Positions 1 to 6,756 of a stretch of DNA of 32,000 nt are shown in pieces. Each line of letters begins with the position of its first letter. The first letter of the stretch is position 1. The stretch lies in assembly GCF_029232205.1 (NCBI RefSeq), contig NZ_CP107255.1:930001-962000 (forward strand). Reading direction: 5' to 3'. Under the pieces are notes generated by a model. It made no database searches. It was not told where the DNA came from and worked only from the letters and a program-made list of their open reading frames with translations. The DNA comes from Candidatus Saccharimonadota bacterium (GTDB lineage Archaea; Nanohalarchaeota; Nanosalinia; Nanosalinales; Nanosalinaceae). The translations under genes were made by a program, and so were the position numbers.

Positions 1-91
1 CTGCATTAACTCGAAGGCCCTGGATTTTGAGGAAGAGAATTGAAAGCCACCTTGTGTGGCTTATTGCGTGTGAATCTGAGCGTAACCAGTT

Positions 92-163
92 CGCCCTCAC
101 AGGGATTTGAACCCTGGATCTGCACCTCCGCAAGGTGCCGTCTTTCCACTAGACCATGAGGGC
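92..163 (-). tRNA. tRNA-Arg (anticodon GCG)
   Basis: A 72-nt cloverleaf reads on the minus strand. Acceptor stem GCCCTCA/TGAGGGC is 7 perfect bp. D-stem is GTCT/AGAC. Anticodon stem GCACC/GGTGC carries loop TTGCGGA (anticodon GCG). T-stem CAGGG/CCCTG carries loop TTCAAAT. Discriminator is G. There is no intron and no encoded CCA. Confidence 0.88.
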
Positions 164-184
164 CTGTATTGGTTTAAGTAGGCT

Positions 185-195
185 ATTTTTAAAAC
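185..195 (-). promoter_or_regulatory. TATA-like box upstream of tRNA-Arg
   Basis: The A/T box tatttttaaaa is centred about 27 nt upstream of the tRNA 5' end at 163, which is the canonical archaeal TATA-to-start spacing. Confidence 0.4.
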
Positions 196-417
196 CGGTT
201 CGAGAGGGTAGTGCAAACCTTTTTAACAACCTTCGTCATTAAACGTTTCTGTAGTGGTTTATCATGCTGAAAAAATACATTCAGAAGATCAAGGACAAGC
301 TAGGCCTTTAGAGTTGGTTTAGTGGTCTGAGAACTATTTTAGGGTTTTAACCCTTCTTTTTTCTCTCCATTCTTGTTTTAACTTTTTCTTTCGTATTTGG
401 TTTCTAGGTGACTTTAA

Positions 418-672
418 ATGGGAAAGATTTCATGTGTTTACAAGATTATGCCGGAAGATGATGAAACCGATCTAGAGGATATTAAGAAGCAGGTTCAGGA
501 ATTGCTGGATGTTCAGGATATCGGTGAGGAGAATGTTGCTTTCGGTTTGAAGGCTGTAAAGGTTTCTTGCATTACTACTGATGAGGAAGGCGGAACTGAT
601 TCCGTTGAGGAGAAGCTTGAACAGCTTGATAACGTTCAGAGTTATGAGCTTGAGCACTTTGACAAGCTTTAG
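418..672 (+). CDS. ef1b: translation elongation factor aEF-1 beta
   Basis: The 84-aa product has the typical aEF-1beta layout: KIMPEDDETDLEDIK near the N-terminus, then VAFGLKAVKV and DEEGGTD. An AGGTGA Shine-Dalgarno sits at 406-411, 6 nt before the ATG. Confidence 0.9.
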   Translation: MGKISCVYKIMPEDDETDLEDIKKQVQELLDVQDIGEENVAFGLKAVKVSCITTDEEGGTDSVEEKLEQLDNVQSYELEHFDKL

Positions 673-699
673 GCTTGTTGCTCTTTCATATTTATTTTT

Positions 700-837
700 C
701 TATTCGAATGTTCTTTCTCCGCCGTTGCATACCGCGCAGCCATTCTCTTTCTTGTGTTCCTGACATACGTTAGCGCCGCATACCTCACAGCTTGTGACAG
801 CTTTCTTTTTCTGGCAGTAGTCGCAGAGGCCTTCCAT
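700..837 (-). CDS. small (45 aa) cysteine-rich zinc-finger protein, absent from the supplied ORF track
   Basis: My hand translation is MEGLCDYCQKKKAVTSCEVCGANVCQEHKKENGCAVCNGGERTFE. The pattern CxxC-x8-CxxC-x4-CxxH-x5-CxxC gives 8 metal ligands, as in a two-zinc cross-brace finger. The ORF fills the otherwise empty gap between ef1b and fen. Confidence 0.6.
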   Translation of the reverse strand: MEGLCDYCQKKKAVTSCEVCGANVCQEHKKENGCAVCNGGERTFE

Positions 838-844
838 AGTTAGT

Positions 845-852
845 GTTTAAAC
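845..852 (+). promoter_or_regulatory. TATA-like box for fen (leaderless-type spacing)
   Basis: gtttaaac is centred about 29 nt upstream of the fen ATG at 878, and no Shine-Dalgarno lies between them. Confidence 0.4.
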
Positions 853-877
853 TTTGAAGATTAATTGGTTTTTTGTT

Positions 878-1909
878 ATGGGAGTTAACCTTGGAGAACT
901 GGTTGAGAGCGAGGAAATAAGTTTTGCAGATTTAAACGATAAAGAGATAGCGATCGATGCTATGAATACCTTGTACCAGTTTCTCTCTATTATCCGTCAG
1001 CGAGACGGTACTCCACTGAAGGATTCGTCCGGAGAAGTTACTTCTCATCTTTCAGGCCTCTTCTACAGAAACATTAATCTCCTTGACAATAATATCAGGC
1101 CTGTCTTCGTTTTTGACGGCGAGGCTCCTGATCTCAAGGAGAAAGAGACCACGCAGAGAAGGAAGAAGCGGGAAGAGGCCCGTGAGGAGTGGAAGAAGTT
1201 GAAGGATGAGGGCAAGGTTTCTGAGGCTTACAGTAAGGCCACTCAATCGAGTAAGTTGACTGGTGATATGATTAAGGAGTCGAAGAGGCTTCTTGATGCT
1301 ATGGGTATTCCCTATGTTCAGGCTCCTAGCGAGGGCGAGGCCCAGACAGCTTACATGACTCATGAAGATTATCCTGGTAGTATCTATGCTGCGGGTTCTC
1401 AGGACTGGGATTCTCTGCTTTTTGGCGCTGAGAAGATGGTGAAGAATCTTACTACAAGAAAGACTCGGAAGACCTCTGGTGGAGGTAGAAAGGAGATTTC
1501 CACAGAGCTAATCAGGCTTGATAGTGTTCTTGAGCAGCTTGAAGTCTCTCAGGAAGAGCTGATCTGGATGGGAGTTCTGATGGGCACGGATTTCAACCCT
1601 GATGGAGTACATGGTATCGGGCCTAAGACCGCTCTAAAGCTTGTTAAAAAGTATAATTCCTGGGATAAGCTGTTTGAAGACGATAAGGTTGAGTGGGAGT
1701 CGGATAACGATCCGGAGACAATTATTGAGTTTTTCAAGAATCCTCCTGTTGAGGATATCGAGTATGAGTTCGGTGATCCTGATGAGGAGAAGATTAAGGA
1801 GATTCTCGTGGATGACCACGATTTCTCCGAAGATAGAGTAGAATCAGGCCTGAAAGACCTTTCCAACGCGTTGAGTTCGCGTCAGTCAGGCCTTGATAGC
1901 TTTACCTAG
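878..1909 (+). CDS. fen: flap endonuclease FEN-1
   Basis: The N-terminus MGVNLGELV is typical, followed by AIDAMNTLYQFL, VFVFDGEAP, PSEGEAQ, and the H3TH region GTDFNPDGVHGIGPKTALKLV. A C-terminal PIP-box-like QSGLDSFT is present. I set the start at the ATG at 878 rather than the TTG at 854. Confidence 0.95.
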   Translation: MGVNLGELVESEEISFADLNDKEIAIDAMNTLYQFLSIIRQRDGTPLKDSSGEVTSHLSGLFYRNINLLDNNIRPVFVFDGEAPDLKEKETTQRRKKREEAREEWKKLKDEGKVSEAYSKATQSSKLTGDMIKESKRLLDAMGIPYVQAPSEGEAQTAYMTHEDYPGSIYAAGSQDWDSLLFGAEKMVKNLTTRKTRKTSGGGRKEISTELIRLDSVLEQLEVSQEELIWMGVLMGTDFNPDGVHGIGPKTALKLVKKYNSWDKLFEDDKVEWESDNDPETIIEFFKNPPVEDIEYEFGDPDEEKIKEILVDDHDFSEDRVESGLKDLSNALSSRQSGLDSFT

Positions 1910-1910
1910 T

Positions 1911-3644
1911 TTACTGGCTTCTGTAGTCTTTCAGTATAAGCTCCATCATTTCTCCAAGTTCTTGGTATCCCTGTCTGATGTCTTCGATTGCTTCTTCCTG
2001 TCTTTCCATTTCGTTTACTATGGCCTCAATGTCCGACTGTTCTACTGCCTGATCTTCAAGTTGTGAGATTCTTTCTCTAAGTTTTGACGTTCTGGAGTTC
2101 TGTTTCTTCTCCACATTCTGAATCTTTCTTTCCAGGTTGCTGCCGCCCTTGCTCTGTGTCTTGGCTAATTTCTCTACATTTCTGTTCAGTGATTCAACAA
2201 GTTCTGCGAACCTGTCCTGATCTTCTTCGCTCTCTTCGTCCGCAGATTGGAGTTCCTGATATTCTTCTTCCGATAGAAGTTTGAGATTTGCTAGGTCGTC
2301 AAAGTCGTTGAAGATCCAGCTGAAATCCGCCACCATGCCTTTTAGCTGGTCAACTTCCTCTCTAAGTTTTGTAACATCCTGATCCTCGACTTCTTCCTCA
2401 ATTTTTTCCAAGTTTGTCTTTACGTTTTCAAGATCTACTCTTAGTTCATCTACAGCATCTTGATCATCGGTTGACTGTGAAAGTTCGTCAAGTCTCTCAA
2501 CCACATCATCTACTCTTTCTGAAATCTCTACTATGTCTTCTTCGAGGCCCTCTACTTCATTCTCTGATTCTGCTTCTTCCAGTCTTTCCTCAAGGTCTGA
2601 GAGTCTTTCTTTGAGCTCTTCGTTATCTGTGTTTTCCTCTACTTCCGATACTTTCTGCTCTATTTCCTCGCTGATCTCGGTCTTGAACTCCTCCAGGTCG
2701 TTCTTCAGTTCCTGAATTTCTTCGTCATCCTCATCTGCGACGTTCTCAACTCTTTCCTCCAGATCATGTAGCTGGTCCTCAAAATCATTATTTTTGAGTT
2801 CTTCAAGCTCTTCTCTGATTTCCTCTATTTCTTCTGAGAAGTCTTTGTCGGAAATCTGTTCTTCCAGTTCGTCAAGTCTTTCCTCAAGGCCTTCTACATC
2901 TGCTGATGAGGCCTCTTCCAATTTTTCTTCCAGATCTTCGATCTTTCTTTCATTATTATCTCTTATTTCATTGATGAGATCTGTTTTCTCTGCAATTCTG
3001 TCTTTTACTTCGTTTAATTCTGTCCTGAGTTCTTCAAGTTCTTTTTCATCTTCTATATCGGAGATTCTTGATCTGAGAGAATCAAATTTTTCTTCGAAGT
3101 TTTCCTCTATTTCTTCGACTTCCTCCTTTACTCCTTCATCTGTATCTTCATCTATCTGGGCCTCCAGTTCTTCTATAGTATCAAGTTCTTCTTCAAGTTC
3201 ATCAATTTTTGATTCAAGGCCTTCTACTTCGTTGTCTGAGTTTACTTCTTCGAGGTGGGCCTCCATTTCCTCTATCCTCTGTTCTATTTTCTCGAATCTT
3301 TCGCTGTCGAAGTCCTGTTCTACTTCTTTTTCGGCCTCTTCGTCTTGGACCTCCTCTTCAGTTTCTTCATCTGCTTCTGATTCTTCTTCAGATTCATTGT
3401 CATCTTCTGCATCTTCTGTTTCTTTTTCTTCGTCTGAGGAGTCGCTTCCGTCGAAAAGTGTGTTGTCATCTTCTGTTTCTTCTTCCTGGCTTTCCACGTC
3501 TTCTTCGGCGTCTGAGCTGTCGAAAAGTGTTTCCTGGTTGTCTTCCTGTTCCTCTACTTCTTTCTCTTCTGTTTCCAGTAGTGTTTCCTCTTCTTCAGAA
3601 TTGTCTTGTTCGTTGTCTCCTCCGAAAATTACGTCTTCAGCCAT
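1911..3644 (-). CDS. hyper-acidic coiled-coil protein with three ~110-aa internal repeats, function unknown
   Basis: This is a 577-aa ORF that is extremely E/D-rich, with no Cys and heptad-like charge patterns. The motif LEE-x-x-S-x-[ND]-VEGLE occurs three times. The S/L-rich ORFs on the opposite strand are its antisense shadows. Confidence 0.8.
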   Translation of the reverse strand: MAEDVIFGGDNEQDNSEEEETLLETEEKEVEEQEDNQETLFDSSDAEEDVESQEEETEDDNTLFDGSDSSDEEKETEDAEDDNESEEESEADEETEEEVQDEEAEKEVEQDFDSERFEKIEQRIEEMEAHLEEVNSDNEVEGLESKIDELEEELDTIEELEAQIDEDTDEGVKEEVEEIEENFEEKFDSLRSRISDIEDEKELEELRTELNEVKDRIAEKTDLINEIRDNNERKIEDLEEKLEEASSADVEGLEERLDELEEQISDKDFSEEIEEIREELEELKNNDFEDQLHDLEERVENVADEDDEEIQELKNDLEEFKTEISEEIEQKVSEVEENTDNEELKERLSDLEERLEEAESENEVEGLEEDIVEISERVDDVVERLDELSQSTDDQDAVDELRVDLENVKTNLEKIEEEVEDQDVTKLREEVDQLKGMVADFSWIFNDFDDLANLKLLSEEEYQELQSADEESEEDQDRFAELVESLNRNVEKLAKTQSKGGSNLERKIQNVEKKQNSRTSKLRERISQLEDQAVEQSDIEAIVNEMERQEEAIEDIRQGYQELGEMMELILKDYRSQ

Positions 3645-3713
3645 TTTGTTACCACTTAATACCTACAAGTGATCAAAAAGTTAAAAGCCTTTTTTAACCT
3701 GTCAAGAACAACA

Positions 3714-4184
3714 TCAACCTACAGTTCTGGAGAGAGCTGTCTTAAGAATCTCTGATATACGTGCAACGTCCGCTCTGAGCTCGTCAAGCTCCTGTTCATT
3801 GTCATGCATCCTTCTCTCTAGCTGAGCGAATTCCTCGTCAAGGCCTTCCCATAGTTCGTCAAGTTTCTCATCTGACACTTCTTCGCCGCCAGAGGCCTCT
3901 TTGATTTCGTCAATTTCCTGTTTCAGATCCATTAATTCGCGTTCGAACTCGTTGATTCTTTCGGAAGTGCTTGAAGACTCTAACTTGTCTACTTCTGCTC
4001 TGATAGCTTCAACCTGTTCAGAGAGGTCTTTCTCCTGACCTTCGTTATTGAATACCTCTACTTCCAGTTCTTCCAATCTCTTGTTGAGTTCATTGAGCTT
4101 TCCATCGAGCGTGCTTCTGGAGACAGCGTCCATGTCGGAGAGGTTTCTCCTTACGTTCTCGATGTTTTGCTCGATTTCCTGCAT
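3714..4184 (-). CDS. acidic coiled-coil protein, function unknown
   Basis: The ORF is open to 4223 (169 aa). I prefer the ATG at 4184 (MQEIEQNIE..., 156 aa) because the only A/T box in the region (4207-4216) is centred 27.5 nt from it. The start remains uncertain. Confidence 0.7.
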   Translation of the reverse strand: MQEIEQNIENVRRNLSDMDAVSRSTLDGKLNELNKRLEELEVEVFNNEGQEKDLSEQVEAIRAEVDKLESSSTSERINEFERELMDLKQEIDEIKEASGGEEVSDEKLDELWEGLDEEFAQLERRMHDNEQELDELRADVARISEILKTALSRTVG

Positions 4185-4206
4185 AGAAACTGGTTTGTTG
4201 GCGTTG

Positions 4207-4216
4207 TTAATAAATT
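4207..4216. promoter_or_regulatory. shared bidirectional TATA-like box (gpmI and the 3714-4184 gene)
   Basis: ttaataaatt is centred 27.5 nt from the gpmI ATG at 4239 and 27.5 nt from the minus-strand ATG at 4184. Confidence 0.45.
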
Positions 4217-4238
4217 CAATCAACGCGAATATTCAGGT

Positions 4239-5687
4239 ATGAAACCAGTACTTCTAGTGGTTATGGATGGAGTAGGCCTCAGGAAAGAGACCGAAGGCAA
4301 TGCTTTCAAACAGGCGGACACACCAAATCTTGGAAAACTTATGGCTAGGAAAGGGTTCGCCAAGCTAGAGGCATCCGGCCCGGCTGTAGGACTGCCTGAA
4401 GGTTATACAGGCAACTCTGAGGTAGGCCATCTGCACCTAGGAGCTGGTCGAAGAATCGATCAACGACTCACCAGAATAAACAATGCTATTGAGAACGACG
4501 AACTTCGGGATAAAGAAGCTTTGAAAGAGGCCCTGGAGAGAGCTGAGGAAAATAATACTACTGTGCATTTTGCAGGGATTATCTCTGACGGCGGTATTCA
4601 CGGCCATATCGATCATTTGAAGGCCTTGCTTGAGATCGCTTCGGAGTATGATGTTGATGTCAAAGTTCACTGCTTTACAGATGGAAGGGATGTTTCTCCG
4701 AAGTCTGCTGAGAAGTTTATTGAGATGATTGAATGCTGGACTTCCGAGTTTGGTGGTGAGATTGCTACCGTTATGGGCCGTTACTACTCTATGGATCGTG
4801 ATCATAACTGGGATCGTACCTATAAGGCTTACAGAGCTATGGCTCTGGGAGAGGGCTTCGAGTTCTCTGATCCACGCGAGGCCCTGAAGGAGACCTATGA
4901 TGACGGAGATTACGACTACTTTGTCATTCCTTCGATCGCGGAAAGTTATGAGGGTATGAGCGATGATGACGAGGTTGTTTTCTATAATTTCAGGGCTGAT
5001 AGGGAGAGGCAGATCGAGGAGGAGCTTGTTGCAGATGTCGATCCCGATGACAACGAGGAACCTGTCCACCCTAATTTCACCTCAATGTTCCAGTACGAGC
5101 ATGAGATCGACAACCCTGCTATCTTCGAGAAGAAGATTGTTGAGGGAACTCTTGGGGAGAAGATTGAGGAGGCTGGTCTTTCACAGCTGCGTGTAGCAGA
5201 ATCTCAGAAAAGGCCTCACGTTACTTTCTTCTTCAATGGTCAGAGAGAGCTTGAGTTTGAGCACGAAGAGCGCCACTTTGTCGAGTCCGATAAAATCAAG
5301 GCCTATGATCAGAAGCCAGAGATGCATGCCGACGATATCTGTGATGTGGTGCTTGAGGCCCTGGATAAAGGTGAGAAGGACTTTATTTTGCTGAATTTTG
5401 CTAACTGCGACTTGGTAGGCCATACCGGAGATCTTGATGCAGCTATTACCGCTGTTGAGACTGTAGACAGAAATATTGGCCGTTTAGTTGAGAAAGTTCA
5501 GGATACCGAGTATTCAATGTTGATTACCGCTGATCATGGCAACTGCGAGAACATGGGTACAGAGGACAGCCCTAATACATCTCACAGCTTGAATCCTGTG
5601 CCTTTAATCGGCGTAGATATGGATAAAGAGTTGACTGATGGGGAAATATGGAAGGTTGAGAATATTCTGGAGGATCTGTTGCTCTAG
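4239..5687 (+). CDS. gpmI: 2,3-bisphosphoglycerate-independent phosphoglycerate mutase (GpmI-type iPGM)
   Basis: The product starts MKPVLLVVMDGVGL and carries the catalytic-Ser motif TGNSEVGHLHLGAGR, plus SDGGIHGH, FTDGRD and ITADHGNCE. Length from the ATG at 4239 is about 482 aa. The track ORF start at 4167 is an upstream extension. Confidence 0.93.
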   Translation: MKPVLLVVMDGVGLRKETEGNAFKQADTPNLGKLMARKGFAKLEASGPAVGLPEGYTGNSEVGHLHLGAGRRIDQRLTRINNAIENDELRDKEALKEALERAEENNTTVHFAGIISDGGIHGHIDHLKALLEIASEYDVDVKVHCFTDGRDVSPKSAEKFIEMIECWTSEFGGEIATVMGRYYSMDRDHNWDRTYKAYRAMALGEGFEFSDPREALKETYDDGDYDYFVIPSIAESYEGMSDDDEVVFYNFRADRERQIEEELVADVDPDDNEEPVHPNFTSMFQYEHEIDNPAIFEKKIVEGTLGEKIEEAGLSQLRVAESQKRPHVTFFFNGQRELEFEHEERHFVESDKIKAYDQKPEMHADDICDVVLEALDKGEKDFILLNFANCDLVGHTGDLDAAITAVETVDRNIGRLVEKVQDTEYSMLITADHGNCENMGTEDSPNTSHSLNPVPLIGVDMDKELTDGEIWKVENILEDLLL

Positions 5688-5941
5688 CATGCAGGTGCCG
5701 ATGGCCAGCTGTCAGTACATTCTGAGGCGGTATCAGTCTTGATTGTGGAGGCTCTTCCTGTGTCTCCTGCGCAGTAGGCGTCTTCCCACTTTGTTTTTTG
5801 AAGATCGCAGCGGGCATCGGTTGACTGGTTATCTGTGAAAGAAATAAAGTCAGTGGATTGGCCATTGAGCACGAAAAGAACTGCTAGAGCAGTTACCGTG
5901 ATCACTGCTGCAGCCATTATGAGCTCAAGGACCATGTCCAT
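5684..5941 (-). CDS. small membrane-anchored or secreted protein with an N-terminal hydrophobic helix and 4 Cys (pilin-like accessory?)
   Basis: The 85-aa product starts MDMVLELIMAAAVITVTALAVLFVL, followed by a polar domain with 4 Cys. It lies directly downstream of a prepilin-like gene. No [KR]G cleavage motif is present. Confidence 0.5.
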   Translation of the reverse strand: MDMVLELIMAAAVITVTALAVLFVLNGQSTDFISFTDNQSTDARCDLQKTKWEDAYCAGDTGRASTIKTDTASECTDSWPSAPAC

Positions 5942-5955
5942 TTTTTAATCAACTC

Positions 5956-6318
5956 TTAGCAAGAGTCCATTACTTGCCATCCGTTGGCACCGGAGTATTC
6001 AGGGTTGTCGCTTGTAACACATACTTCTGCGGATTGCCAGTCGCTAATACCGTTTGAAGTTGCATCGGCACCTCTAACTGTATCTGTTATTGGATTACCG
6101 TCGTTAGACAGACAGGTGCTCGGTAGCGAGAAGTCATCTCCCTGAACGCTGCCTGCAAGCTGGTTACTCATTGAGGTAGTACAGGCATTTGTGCTTGTAC
6201 TGGATGCGAAGTTTCCTAGCGTTCCTTGAGTTGTGAATGTGAGGGCCATTGAGACCATCATTAGTACTGCTGCTGCAATTATTAGCCATAGAACCTGTGA
6301 AAGGCCTTTACGTTTCAT
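5956..6318 (-). CDS. prepilin-like protein (class III signal peptide)
   Basis: MKRKG-LSQVLWLIIAAAVLMMVSMAL is followed by a polar S/T/N-rich domain with 4 Cys. A TATA-like tttttatac (minus-strand reading) is centred about 25 nt upstream of the ATG. Confidence 0.75.
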   Translation of the reverse strand: MKRKGLSQVLWLIIAAAVLMMVSMALTFTTQGTLGNFASSTSTNACTTSMSNQLAGSVQGDDFSLPSTCLSNDGNPITDTVRGADATSNGISDWQSAEVCVTSDNPEYSGANGWQVMDSC

Positions 6319-6416
6319 AACTAACTTGTTGGTTAGGCCTGTATAAAAATACTTGGAAATTAGCTTCGCTTTGAAACAGAGATAAATAGAAAGAAAATAG
6401 AGAGTATATTTGCTCT

Positions 6417-6704
6417 CTAAGGCTGTGAGAGATCGATCTGGATGCTGGAAACGTTTAGCTGGTCTCCTTCATCTGTTTCGATTTCATCTGTTCCTATTGA
6501 GATGTCTTCGATTTCTGCGTCTTCAACGAACCTGTCTCTTACAATTTCAGCTACGTCTACTGCTCTGCTGATTGCTTTACCTCTTGCTTTGACGTGTACT
6601 GTTTCGTGGCCTTCGCTAAATTGAGTTACAACTGCTAGAACGTAACTCATTGCAGGCTTGGATCCTACGTATACTGTGTTGTCGTCTTCTTGTTCTTCTG
6701 GCAC
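6417..6704 (-). CDS. albA: DNA/RNA-binding protein Alba
   Basis: The Alba core [19 protein letters not shown]...[24 protein letters not shown] is present. The start is GTG, preceded by AGGTGA (6711-6716). Confidence 0.93.
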   Translation of the reverse strand: MPEEQEDDNTVYVGSKPAMSYVLAVVTQFSEGHETVHVKARGKAISRAVDVAEIVRDRFVEDAEIEDISIGTDEIETDEGDQLNVSSIQIDLSQP

Positions 6705-6737
6705 TAGTAATCACCTGTACTTATTATTGGAAGCTAG

Positions 6738-6749
6738 AAATTTAAATTA
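6738..6749 (-). promoter_or_regulatory. TATA-like box for alba
   Basis: taatttaaattt (minus-strand reading) lies about 40 nt upstream of the GTG start. That spacing leaves a short leader carrying the Shine-Dalgarno. Confidence 0.4.
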
Positions 6750-6756
6750 GATAGGT

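Noticed and set aside
45-61. Hairpin agccac-cttgt-gtggct downstream of the tRNA 3' end
   Set aside because: It has only a 6-bp stem and a weak T-rich flank, and the window edge prevents seeing context. That is not enough to call a terminator.
264-311. 15-codon ATG ORF (MLKKYIQKIKDKLGL)
   Set aside because: It is too short and has no Shine-Dalgarno or promoter spacing support. It is mentioned only under the intergenic-region finding.
1-420. tRNA-Arg as an integration hotspot for a mobile element
   Set aside because: No integrase, recombinase or transposase is visible anywhere in the window. I did not spot a direct repeat of the tRNA 3' half by eye. Downstream genes are core housekeeping.
854-877. 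TTG-initiated extension of fen (MKINWFFV...)
   Set aside because: FEN-1 proteins begin MG[VI]...; the ATG at 878 fits that and the A/T box spacing.
2794-3697. Long plus-strand ORFs (292 aa Ser-rich, 162 aa Leu/Pro-rich) and several 60-66-aa ORFs between 2084 and 2715
   Set aside because: They lie antisense to the E/D-rich 577-aa gene. Reverse complements of GAA/GAG/GAT codons give TTC/CTC/ATC, producing stop-free S/L/F-rich shadow frames. Their composition is not protein-like.
4437-5069. 210-aa minus-strand ORF inside gpmI (and 5181-5423, 4963-5196)
   Set aside because: The plus-strand frame has unmistakable GpmI motifs. The antisense ORF has no start context and is rich in I/L/S, as shadow ORFs are.
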